This document shows, piece after piece, positions 1 to 6,301 of a stretch of DNA of 6,919 nt (the stretch's first letter is position 1; every line of letters begins with the position of its first letter). Both the position numbers and the translations under genes were made by a program. Under the pieces are notes generated by a model, which was not told where the DNA came from, ran no database searches, and was given only the letters and a program-made list of their open reading frames with translations. The DNA is from a virus (taxonomy: Duplodnaviria > Heunggongvirae > Uroviricota > Caudoviricetes). The DNA lies in IMG/VR virus record IMGVR_UViG_2737471841_000008, positions 1 to 6,919 of that record; one strand, 5' to 3'.

Positions 1-585
1 TTACTCCCTGACAGGGTTCGTAGGCCACTCAATATCAGGTGCAGTTGATGTATCAACACGGTTCAGCAACACCCGATATTTTTTCCAGGCTTCCAGCAAT
101 GAGGTTTCTTCCTCCGTTGCGATTTCCAGATCTACAGCATCCTGAAGCGGCGCTATATGCTCACTGGCTACCTGCATCAGGCTGTTTTTTGTTTCTTCCG
201 CCTCCCGGATCCGGAACAGTTTTTCTGCTTCCGTATCCTTCACCCAGGCTGTGCCGTTCCACTTCTGAAACTCCCCTTCCGGGGATAACCAGGTGACATT
301 TTCCGGTAATGAGCCGAGTTCAGAAATAAATAACGCGTCGCCGGAAGCCACGTCATAAACCGTTTTACCCCGATGATCTTCAACGAGATGCCACGATGAC
401 TCATCACTGTTGAAAACAGCCACGAAACCAGCCGGAATATCTGGCGGTGCAATATCGGTACTGTTTGCTGGCAGACCTGTATGAGGCGGAATATATGCAT
501 CACCTTCACCAATAAATTCATTAGTTCCGGACAGCAGATTATAAATTTTTATGGTCCGTGGTTGTTCACTCATTCTGAATGCCAT
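1..585 (-). CDS. tfa: Tail fibre assembly protein (lambda Tfa-like, 194 aa)
   Basis: Complete ORF, ATG at 585-583, TAA at 3-1. Translation [18 protein letters not shown]...[11 protein letters not shown] matches from recall the phage lambda Tfa protein of the same length, almost residue for residue. Its ATG shares one base with the stop of the upstream stf ORF (TAATG at 583-587). Confidence 0.9.
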   Translation of the reverse strand: MAFRMSEQPRTIKIYNLLSGTNEFIGEGDAYIPPHTGLPANSTDIAPPDIPAGFVAVFNSDESSWHLVEDHRGKTVYDVASGDALFISELGSLPENVTWLSPEGEFQKWNGTAWVKDTEAEKLFRIREAEETKNSLMQVASEHIAPLQDAVDLEIATEEETSLLEAWKKYRVLLNRVDTSTAPDIEWPTNPVRE

Positions 586-1799
586 TATGCAAGCCTCACA
601 ATGTAGTTAAATGCGATGTTTTTGACGGTGTTTTCCGCGTTACCAGCAGCGTTAACGGTGATGGTGTGTCCATGTGAGCCAATCGCAACAGAGTGCGTAT
701 GAGCACCAATACCGACAGTATGTGCGTGAGCACCTGCAGATGCAGCTGTGCCGCTGACACTATGAGTGTGCGCTCCTGCAGCACTTGTATTCACACTGGC
801 CGCAGACACTACCTTATGTACTGACCCATTTTGTGACCACTGGCTGACTGCTGATGCGCCTGTGACACTATGAGTATGGTTTCCGGCACTTGCGGCTGTA
901 CCGCTCACACTGTGCGTATGCGCCCCGATGTTATTCGTGGATTTAGTGCCGTAATCAAACGACGATGTGGTTTTCGTCCCCAAATCCGTACTGGATGCAC
1001 TGGCGCTGTGGGTGTGCGATTTAATGCCGTCCTGTTCCTGAGACAATACGGCCCGACCACTGGCAGGTTTGCCCTTAATCGTCCAGCCACGCATATCAGG
1101 GATCACGCCTGACGGATAAGCGGTTGCAAGTTTCGGGTAAGCGGATTTGTCAAAAGTCTGCCCCTGCATCAGGGCATAACCAGACGGAACGGTATCTGAT
1201 GGCCACGGGATTGGTGCGCCAGGCGGATAAAACTGCTCTGATGGCGTATAGAGTGAATAAACTGTACCGTCCGTTAACCCTTCCGGCTTATTAGCAGAAT
1301 ATGCTGGTGACGTATGAATAGTCACGCTGGCATTACTGGTATAATCCCATTGAATATTTACACCAGTCGCATAATTTCCGATTGCAACGTAAATATCGTA
1401 AGTATCACCAGATGTATTGACCCAGGCAAAATTTGTAAACCCTGTCGATGTGCGCTGCCATAAAGCACCAGTAATCCCCTTCGGATTACCATTACCTGCA
1501 CGCAAAACAAGTTCAGATATACCTGCCTGTTGAGGTGACCCCACGTTAAATCCCGCGCCACCAATCAACGTAATTGAAACAACAGAACTCGCCTGTGGCA
1601 TGGTTACCGTTGCTAATTTGAACCAACCAGCACCACCGCTGAATGACATTGTTGTTGAGTTAAGCGTACCAATATCTTTCGGCGTCAGTGTTATATCCGC
1701 TGAAAGCGCCTTACCATTCACCTTACGGGCAGAAGGTAACCCTGCGTCTGTCAGCACAGTAAAACCCGGTGTGCATCGTTTTTGATTATTCCCGCACAC
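585..1799 (-). CDS. stf: Side tail fibre protein, C-terminal receptor-binding portion (5'-truncated remnant; the track start is a GTG directly after an in-frame TGA)
   Basis: 404-aa ORF ending ...[15 protein letters not shown] with repeated His-rich [15 protein letters not shown] units, as in lambda Stf / T4 gp37-type fibre tips. The segment [19 protein letters not shown] is a typical internal tail-fibre repeat. Full-length Stf proteins are much longer; here the reading frame is closed by an in-frame TGA at 1800-1802 (minus strand), so the N-terminal tail-attachment part is absent. Confidence 0.72.
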   Translation of the reverse strand: MCGNNQKRCTPGFTVLTDAGLPSARKVNGKALSADITLTPKDIGTLNSTTMSFSGGAGWFKLATVTMPQASSVVSITLIGGAGFNVGSPQQAGISELVLRAGNGNPKGITGALWQRTSTGFTNFAWVNTSGDTYDIYVAIGNYATGVNIQWDYTSNASVTIHTSPAYSANKPEGLTDGTVYSLYTPSEQFYPPGAPIPWPSDTVPSGYALMQGQTFDKSAYPKLATAYPSGVIPDMRGWTIKGKPASGRAVLSQEQDGIKSHTHSASASSTDLGTKTTSSFDYGTKSTNNIGAHTHSVSGTAASAGNHTHSVTGASAVSQWSQNGSVHKVVSAASVNTSAAGAHTHSVSGTAASAGAHAHTVGIGAHTHSVAIGSHGHTITVNAAGNAENTVKNIAFNYIVRLA

Positions 1800-2048
1800 T
1801 CACGCAGAAGGAATTCCCCGTCGGGCTACGGTCATGGTTAATGCGGGAATACGGCGACGATACAGCGCAGCTAAAAGGGTAATGGACAGAAAGAGCGGTT
1901 TATTTCATTCCACAGGATTCTGAGTGCCCCCCTCCTCCAATAGGCTGAGCATCCACCTATATAGTTTTAATTTTCATCAATCCATTTAACTATCGTTTAA
2001 TTGTTGTCACATAGGATTCTGCCGTTTTTAACAATGCAGGATAATAAG

Positions 2049-2342
2049 ATGAAAAAAATGTTGTTTTCTGCCGCTCTGGCAATGCTTATTACAGGATGTG
2101 CTCAACAGACGTTTACTGTTGGAAACAAACCGACAGCAGTAACACCAAAGGAAACCATCACCCATCACTTCTTCGTTTCGGGAATTGGACAGGAGAAAAC
2201 TGTTGATGCAGCCAAAATTTGTGGCGGCGCAGAAAATGTTGTTAAAACAGAAACCCAGCAAACATTCGTAAATGGATTGCTCGGTTTTATTACTTTAGGC
2301 ATTTATACTCCGCTGGAAGCGCGTGTGTATTGCTCACAATAA
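2049..2342 (+). CDS. borD: Bor lipoprotein (lambda Bor-like serum-resistance / lysogenic-conversion lipoprotein, 97 aa)
   Basis: ATG at 2049 preceded by AGGA (2038-2041); stop TAA at 2340-2342. Translation MKKMLFSAALAMLITGCAQQTFTV...TPLEARVYCSQ has a lipoprotein signal with lipobox LITGC and is near-identical from recall to lambda Bor. Transcribed opposite to the lysis genes, as in lambda and DLP12. The upstream part of the track ORF (from 2001) is rejected. Confidence 0.9.
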   Translation: MKKMLFSAALAMLITGCAQQTFTVGNKPTAVTPKETITHHFFVSGIGQEKTVDAAKICGGAENVVKTETQQTFVNGLLGFITLGIYTPLEARVYCSQ

Positions 2343-2373
2343 TTGCATGAGTTGCCCATCGATATGGGCAGCT

Positions 2374-2835
2374 CTATCTGCACTGCTCATTAATATACTT
2401 CTGGGTTCCTTCCAGTTGTTTTTGCATAGTGATCAGCCTCTCTCTGAGGGTGAAATAATCCCGTTCAGCGGTGTCTGCCAGTCGGGGGGAGGCTGCATTA
2501 TCCACGCCGGAGGCGGTGGTGGCTTCACGCACTGACTGACAGACTGCTTTGATGTGCAACCGACGACGACCAGCGGCAACATCATCACGCAGAGCATCAT
2601 TTTCAGCTTTCGCATCAGCTAACTCCTTCGTGTATTTTGCATCGAGCGCAGCAACATCACGCTGACGCATCTGCATGTCAGTAATTGCCGCGTTCGCCAG
2701 CTTCAGTTCTCTGGCATTTTTGTCGCGCTGGGCTTTGTAGGTAATGGCGTTATCACGGTAATGATTAACAGCCCATGACAGGCCGACGATGATGCAGATA
2801 ACCAGAGCGGAGATAATCGCGGTTACTCTGTTCAT
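2374..2835 (-). CDS. rzpD: Rz i-spanin (inner-membrane spanin subunit, 153 aa)
   Basis: [39 protein letters not shown]...KYINEQCR, essentially lambda Rz from recall, with an N-terminal transmembrane segment. ATG at 2835-2833 overlaps the endolysin stop (ATGA at 2832-2835). The track start at 2847 is an upstream GTG and is rejected. Confidence 0.9.
   Translation of the reverse strand: MNRVTAIISALVICIIVGLSWAVNHYRDNAITYKAQRDKNARELKLANAAITDMQMRQRDVAALDAKYTKELADAKAENDALRDDVAAGRRRLHIKAVCQSVREATTASGVDNAASPRLADTAERDYFTLRERLITMQKQLEGTQKYINEQCR
2433..2615 (-). CDS. rzoD: Rz1 o-spanin (outer-membrane lipoprotein spanin subunit, 60 aa), embedded in the +1 frame of Rz
   Basis: [24 protein letters not shown]...[29 protein letters not shown]: lipobox VVVGC and a proline-rich periplasmic part, matching lambda Rz1 from recall. 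Lies wholly inside the Rz coding sequence in another frame. Confidence 0.85.
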   Translation of the reverse strand: MRKLKMMLCVMMLPLVVVGCTSKQSVSQCVKPPPPPAWIMQPPPDWQTPLNGIISPSERG

Positions 2836-3329
2836 TGCTGACCCCACAAACAGATTTCACGCTCAATCTCACGACGAGTCATGAGACCTTTCCATTGCTT
2901 ACCGCCAGCATATGTCCAGCGACGTAGCTGATCACATGCGCCTTTGATATCGCCCTGGTTTATTTTGCGAAGAAGCGTCGATGTTCTGAAATTGCCAGCA
3001 CCCACGTTGTAAACGAATGAGTAAAAAGCGCCGCGCGTTGTTTCCGGTATATCGACTTTGATGTACGGGTTAATTTGTCTGGCGACAGTGGCAAGGTCTT
3101 TATTCAAGAGTGCTTTGCATTCTGCTTTGGTATACGTTTTACCGAGCATGATGTCTTTTCCTGTATGCCCGTGACATACAGTCCATACACCAACAATATC
3201 TTTATATGGTATGTAGCTGACACCTTCCAGACCATCGTCACCACTCGGACCAGTGATGAGCACAGACGCTATGGCAACAGCCCCACCACCAATAGCAGCT
3301 GCTACAGCCTTGCGTAATGATGGCGACAT
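2832..3329 (-). CDS. rrrD: SAR endolysin (phage 21 R-type lysozyme with N-terminal signal-anchor-release domain, 165 aa)
   Basis: [57 protein letters not shown]...: a Gly/Ala-rich weakly hydrophobic N-terminus followed by a lysozyme-like body, matching phage 21 R / DLP12 RrrD from recall. ATG at 3329-3327 overlaps the holin stop (TAATG). Confidence 0.9.
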   Translation of the reverse strand: MSPSLRKAVAAAIGGGAVAIASVLITGPSGDDGLEGVSYIPYKDIVGVWTVCHGHTGKDIMLGKTYTKAECKALLNKDLATVARQINPYIKVDIPETTRGAFYSFVYNVGAGNFRTSTLLRKINQGDIKGACDQLRRWTYAGGKQWKGLMTRREIEREICLWGQQ

Positions 3330-3544
3330 TATTCACCTCTCGCAGCCTTGCGCTTATCTTCTTTAATCTTGAAATAAAGGTTTGTCAGGTACGTCAGCAG
3401 GCCAAATACCAGGCTACCCAGCACTCCAATTGCCGCCCACTGTGAGGGCGTGACTTTATCTAGCAGCTGTAAAAACCAGTACCCGGCACTACCTGCTGAG
3501 GTGCCATAGGCGACACCCGTTGTTAACTTATCCATGGATTTCAT
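3329..3544 (-). CDS. essD: Pinholin (phage 21 S-type class II holin, 71 aa) with dual-start motif Met1-Lys2-Ser3-Met4
   Basis: [71 protein letters not shown], near-identical from recall to phage 21 S. RBS GAGGTGG at 3549-3555 (minus strand). ATG codons at 3544-3542 and 3535-3533 give the 71/68 dual-start arrangement. Confidence 0.9.
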
Positions 3545-3667
3545 AACCCCACCTCGCAGACAAAGCGGGTGTAAATTGAGGGAATACTACGAAACGTAAC
3601 AGACTCGGAGTCAGTGAATAACTCAGGTATTGGGTTATCAGCTAATATCGAGACTCAAAAAATGGAA

Positions 3668-3689
3668 AAACCCGCTCGACGGCGGGTTT
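3668..3689 (-). terminator. Intrinsic terminator-like hairpin on the minus strand, ~125 nt upstream of the holin start (candidate tR'-type terminator)
   Basis: Plus strand aaacccgc-tcgacg-gcgggttt forms an 8-bp stem with a 6-nt loop. On the minus strand the stem is followed immediately by TTCCATTTTTT (RC of 3655-3667). On the plus strand it is not followed by a T-tract, so it is minus-strand specific. Confidence 0.45.
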
Positions 3690-3999
3690 AAGCTGTGTGA
3701 CGAAGTAACCACTCTTAACAGCATAACCAATTTTTTACGTACGTAAACCACTAAATGATATTTGCGAGAATGCTACCGAGTATTGAAAACACCACTACAA
3801 ATACATAAGCAAATCTCAACAAATAACCAACAAATTATTTCCAGTGTTATTTTTAGCTTATTTAAATTGAACCTTCAAATTATAGAGCGCTTATAAATAA
3901 CAGTCGTTAATATAAATTGGCTAATAGATTTATTTTTATTCAGCAAAGAGCTATGAATAGGATTCGATAGAAAAAAGTTCAGATAAAAATAGAGATCTA

Positions 4000-4116
4000 C
4001 TTCACAAATCAAACGAGAAACCAAAACTTACATCTTGAAATAATCACATTGATTAGATGAATATTTATCGCGCAGTGACATCATTTTTTAATAATAGTTC
4101 AAAAAAAGGGCTCACG
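4000..4116 (+). promoter_or_regulatory. Porin gene promoter / 5' leader region, containing an OmpR-box-like sequence CTTACATCTTGAAATAATCA (4027-4046)
   Basis: AT-rich region immediately upstream of the porin start. 4027-4046 resembles, from memory, the ompC C1 OmpR site TTTACATTTTGAAACATCTA (about 14 of 20 positions, the left half nearly perfect). Exact -35/-10 elements not resolved. Confidence 0.3.
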
Positions 4117-5214
4117 ATGAAAAAATTAACAGTGGCAATTTCTGCTGTAGCTGCATCAGTACTGATGGCGATGTCTGCTCAGGCAGCTGAAATTTATAAT
4201 AAAGACAGTAACAAGCTGGATCTGTACGGGAAAGTTAATGCTAAGCACTACTTCTCCTCTAATGATGCAGATGATGGTGATACTACTTATGCCCGTCTTG
4301 GCTTCAAAGGTGAAACCCAAATCAACGATCAACTGACTGGTTTCGGTCAGTGGGAATATGAATTCAAAGGCAACCGCGCTGAATCTCAAGGTTCCTCCAA
4401 AGACAAAACCCGTCTTGCATTTGCAGGCCTGAAATTCGGTGACTACGGCTCAATCGATTACGGCCGTAACTACGGTGTAGCATACGACATCGGTGCGTGG
4501 ACTGACGTTCTGCCAGAATTCGGTGGCGATACCTGGACCCAAACAGATGTGTTCATGACTGGTCGCACCACTGGTGTTGCAACCTATCGTAACAACGACT
4601 TCTTTGGTCTGGTTGATGGTCTGAACTTTGCTGCTCAGTACCAAGGCAAAAACGATCGTAGCGATTTCGATAACTACACTGAAGGTAACGGTGATGGCTT
4701 CGGTTTCTCTGCTACCTATGAATACGAAGGATTCGGTATCGGTGCAACTTATGCGAAATCTGATCGTACCGACACTCAAGTTAATGCAGGGAAAGTTCTT
4801 CCTGAAGTATTTGCTTCCGGTAAAAATGCAGAAGTTTGGGCCGCAGGTCTGAAATATGACGCTAACAACATTTACCTGGCCACTACCTATTCTGAAACCC
4901 AGAATATGACTGTATTTGCTGATCACTTCGTTGCTAATAAAGCCCAAAACTTCGAAGCTGTTGCACAATATCAGTTCGATTTCGGTCTGCGTCCGTCCGT
5001 TGCTTACCTGCAATCTAAAGGTAAGGATCTTGGAGTATGGGGCGATCAGGACTTAGTCAAATATGTTGATGTAGGTGCAACCTATTACTTCAACAAAAAT
5101 ATGTCTACTTTCGTTGATTACAAAATCAACCTGCTTGACAAAAATGACTTCACTAAAGCACTCGGTGTAAGCACTGATGACATCGTTGCTGTAGGTCTGG
5201 TTTACCAGTTCTAA
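4117..5214 (+). CDS. nmpC: Outer-membrane general porin, phage-encoded NmpC/Lc type (OmpC/OmpF/PhoE family), intact, 365 aa
   Basis: ATG at 4117 with RBS AGGG at 4107-4110; stop TAA at 5212-5214. Signal peptide [23 protein letters not shown], mature N-terminus [16 protein letters not shown], porin hallmarks throughout and the C-terminal VGLVYQF ending in Phe. The track start at 4057 (MNIYRAV...) is rejected because the signal peptide begins at 4117. Confidence 0.92.
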   Translation: MKKLTVAISAVAASVLMAMSAQAAEIYNKDSNKLDLYGKVNAKHYFSSNDADDGDTTYARLGFKGETQINDQLTGFGQWEYEFKGNRAESQGSSKDKTRLAFAGLKFGDYGSIDYGRNYGVAYDIGAWTDVLPEFGGDTWTQTDVFMTGRTTGVATYRNNDFFGLVDGLNFAAQYQGKNDRSDFDNYTEGNGDGFGFSATYEYEGFGIGATYAKSDRTDTQVNAGKVLPEVFASGKNAEVWAAGLKYDANNIYLATTYSETQNMTVFADHFVANKAQNFEAVAQYQFDFGLRPSVAYLQSKGKDLGVWGDQDLVKYVDVGATYYFNKNMSTFVDYKINLLDKNDFTKALGVSTDDIVAVGLVYQF

Positions 5215-5230
5215 TCTGATTACGAAAAAG

Positions 5231-5264
5231 ATATGTTGCGGGAGGCGTTGCCTCCCCAACATAT
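5231..5264 (-). terminator. Strong intrinsic terminator on the minus strand just past the 3' end of the porin gene (alternative candidate tR' for Q-dependent late transcription)
   Basis: atatgttg-c-gggaggc / gttg / cctccc-caacatat forms an imperfect ~14-bp GC-rich stem with one bulged C. On the minus strand it is followed by CTTTTTCGTA (RC of 5221-5230); on the plus strand there is no T-tract after it. Confidence 0.45.
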
Positions 5265-5352
5265 AAGTGGCTCCCTCAAGCCACTTCCTTTAGAAGCACA
5301 ACCTTGCTTCTAACTATATAAACCTTCTGTTATATATTACCCTTTATTTTTG

Positions 5353-5386
5353 GGGGCGTCTCAACGCCCCATTTTTAATAATTTTT
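5353..5386 (+). terminator. Intrinsic terminator on the plus strand (likely porin mRNA terminator)
   Basis: gggggcg-tctcaa-cgcccc stem-loop (5353-5370) followed on the plus strand by ATTTTTAATAATTTTT. On the minus strand it is followed by an A-rich tract, so it is not a minus-strand terminator. Confidence 0.45.
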
Positions 5387-5403
5387 AGTAAACAATTGGC
5401 ATA

Positions 5404-5787
5404 TTAATTAGAGTTATTAACAACGATATCCATCTCTAACCGGATATCTAATGCCATTAACATCCCTTCAATTATGCCCTCAGCCTTCTGTAACCTTTTC
5501 CCGATATAACCATCAGAGCAGCAATGCTTACCTGCCAGTGACATGAATGTCATACCGACTACATAATAATCTACTAATAAATCGTGCAAATCGCTGTTGT
5601 TCTTTTTCAGACGGGCCATGCACCCGCAAATGATCATCGCGTCATCGTCACAACATTGCGGGCGAGATTTTACTTTTGAAGGAATTAATCCCTTAAAACC
5701 GGCGGCAATGGACGACCAGGTCACATCTTCATGATTATTAGCCGCCCACGCTCCCCAACGTTCAAGAACCATCTGAATATCACGCAT
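5404..5787 (-). CDS. quuD: Late-gene antiterminator Q (Phage_antitermQ family; DLP12 QuuD-like, 127 aa)
   Basis: [34 protein letters not shown]...[16 protein letters not shown]...[12 protein letters not shown]... with a Cys-rich putative Zn-binding cluster. ATG at 5787-5785 with GGAG 7 nt upstream. The track start at 5802 is a TTG and is rejected. Confidence 0.85.
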   Translation of the reverse strand: MRDIQMVLERWGAWAANNHEDVTWSSIAAGFKGLIPSKVKSRPQCCDDDAMIICGCMARLKKNNSDLHDLLVDYYVVGMTFMSLAGKHCCSDGYIGKRLQKAEGIIEGMLMALDIRLEMDIVVNNSN

Positions 5788-6117
5788 TAACTTTCTCCAC
5801 AAAATCAGGCCAGCACACCAATCGCCAGTGCGCGATCGATAAAACGAAATATCAGCTCAAGCTGGGAGCCATACTTCTCTTCAAATGCCACGGTAACCAG
5901 GTCCACCTCGCCTGATGTGGCTAAAAGCAGGCACATAACAGCTAAGTATTTTCAACCAGAGAGAATCCTTAGCGTTGTGGTGAATGCGGCTCAGCGCACG
6001 CGGGTTAAGGTTGAGGCTGACAGTCGACCTTCTGTGGATACCCACCCGCCTGGTGTGCAACCTTCGCCAGGCACCGGGAGGCACCCGGCACCACAACTTT
6101 ATGCTGTGTGTAGTCCT

Positions 6118-6164
6118 GGCGGTACCAGCTTGTACCCTTGCTTCCGGCTGGTACCGTCCTTTTT
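6118..6164 (+). terminator. Terminator-like hairpin on the plus strand inside the non-coding region upstream of the integrase-like ORF
   Basis: cggtaccagc (6120-6129) pairs perfectly with gctggtaccg (6147-6156), enclosing a 17-nt loop, and is followed by TCCTTTTT (6157-6164). No T-tract follows it on the minus strand. Confidence 0.35.
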
Positions 6165-6253
6165 ACAAAACAGAGAAGAGCATCACCGGACGACGGGCTC
6201 ATAACCCAATCCATCCGGGCGGCAGTCACCGCAGGTGTTCTTCTCTGTTTTGT
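6165..6253. repeat. Perfect 15-bp inverted repeat (acaaaacagagaaga / tcttctctgttttgt) separated by 59 nt, directly upstream of the integrase-like ORF
   Basis: Arms at 6165-6179 and 6239-6253 are exact reverse complements. An extra cacc/ggtg pairing (6184-6187 / 6234-6237) extends the stem and the intervening sequence contains further ccgg/ccgg pairing. Confidence 0.6.
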
Positions 6254-6301
6254 GGAGAAACTAACCGACCTTGCAGGGTCGATATGATGAGGAGCAGCAA
6301 A

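Noticed and set aside
39-1785. Alternative-frame and antisense ORFs within tfa and stf (39-296 +, 240-521 -, 596-784 -, 870-1112 +, 905-1090 -, 1358-1564 -, 1600-1785 +)
   Set aside because: They overlap the well-supported tfa and stf frames and have no sequence features of real proteins.
1-1799. A Pin/Gin-type invertible tail-fibre segment (variable stf C-terminus plus tfa cassette)
   Set aside because: Only one cassette is present, with no inverted crossover sites, no opposing second cassette, no constant stf N-terminal part and no invertase gene in the window.
2001-2048. Upstream extension of bor (MLSHRILPFLTMQDNK...)
   Set aside because: Lambda Bor starts at MKKML; the extension has no RBS and would place 16 residues before the lipoprotein signal.
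2028-3317. ORFs 2028-2261 (-), 2323-2535 (+) and 3075-3317 (+) overlapping bor, Rz and the endolysin
   Set aside because: They are antisense or out of frame relative to bor, Rz and R. The only genuine nested gene in this region is Rz1, which has a lipobox and a known homologue.
4057-4116. Upstream start of the porin ORF at 4057 ([20 protein letters not shown]...)
   Set aside because: The signal peptide begins at the ATG at 4117, which has an RBS; the extension would bury the signal peptide.
4117-5214. IS5 insertion in nmpC as in E. coli K-12
   Set aside because: The porin frame is uninterrupted to a canonical C-terminal ...VGLVYQF and no IS-like terminal repeats or transposase ORF are present.
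4156-5262. ORFs antisense or out of frame within the porin gene (4156-4389 -, 4450-5013 -, 4628-4852 +, 5053-5262 -)
   Set aside because: They lie inside a confidently identified porin gene and translate to low-complexity sequence.
5881-6204. ORFs 5881-6096 (-) and 5917-6204 (+) in the GC-rich segment
   Set aside because: Low-complexity, Arg/Pro/Gly-rich translations with no start context, overlapping each other and the hairpins; they are consistent with open frames arising by chance in GC-rich non-coding DNA.
5984-6301. Upstream extension of the integrase-like ORF to an ATG at 5984 (311-aa ORF in the track)
   Set aside because: Translation of 5984-6283 is Arg/Cys/Trp-rich and not protein-like ([33 protein letters not shown]...), it has no RBS, and it overlaps strong RNA-type secondary structure. 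The ATG at 6302 has a good AGGAG RBS.
5788-6301. tRNA, tmRNA, retron msr-msd or type I toxin-antitoxin (hok/sok-like) locus in the structured region
   Set aside because: No tRNA T-loop or acceptor pattern was seen. The inverted repeats are only 59 nt apart, too close for a retron msd, and no reverse transcriptase follows. No short hydrophobic toxin ORF with its own stop was found. These remain unverified without covariance-model searches.
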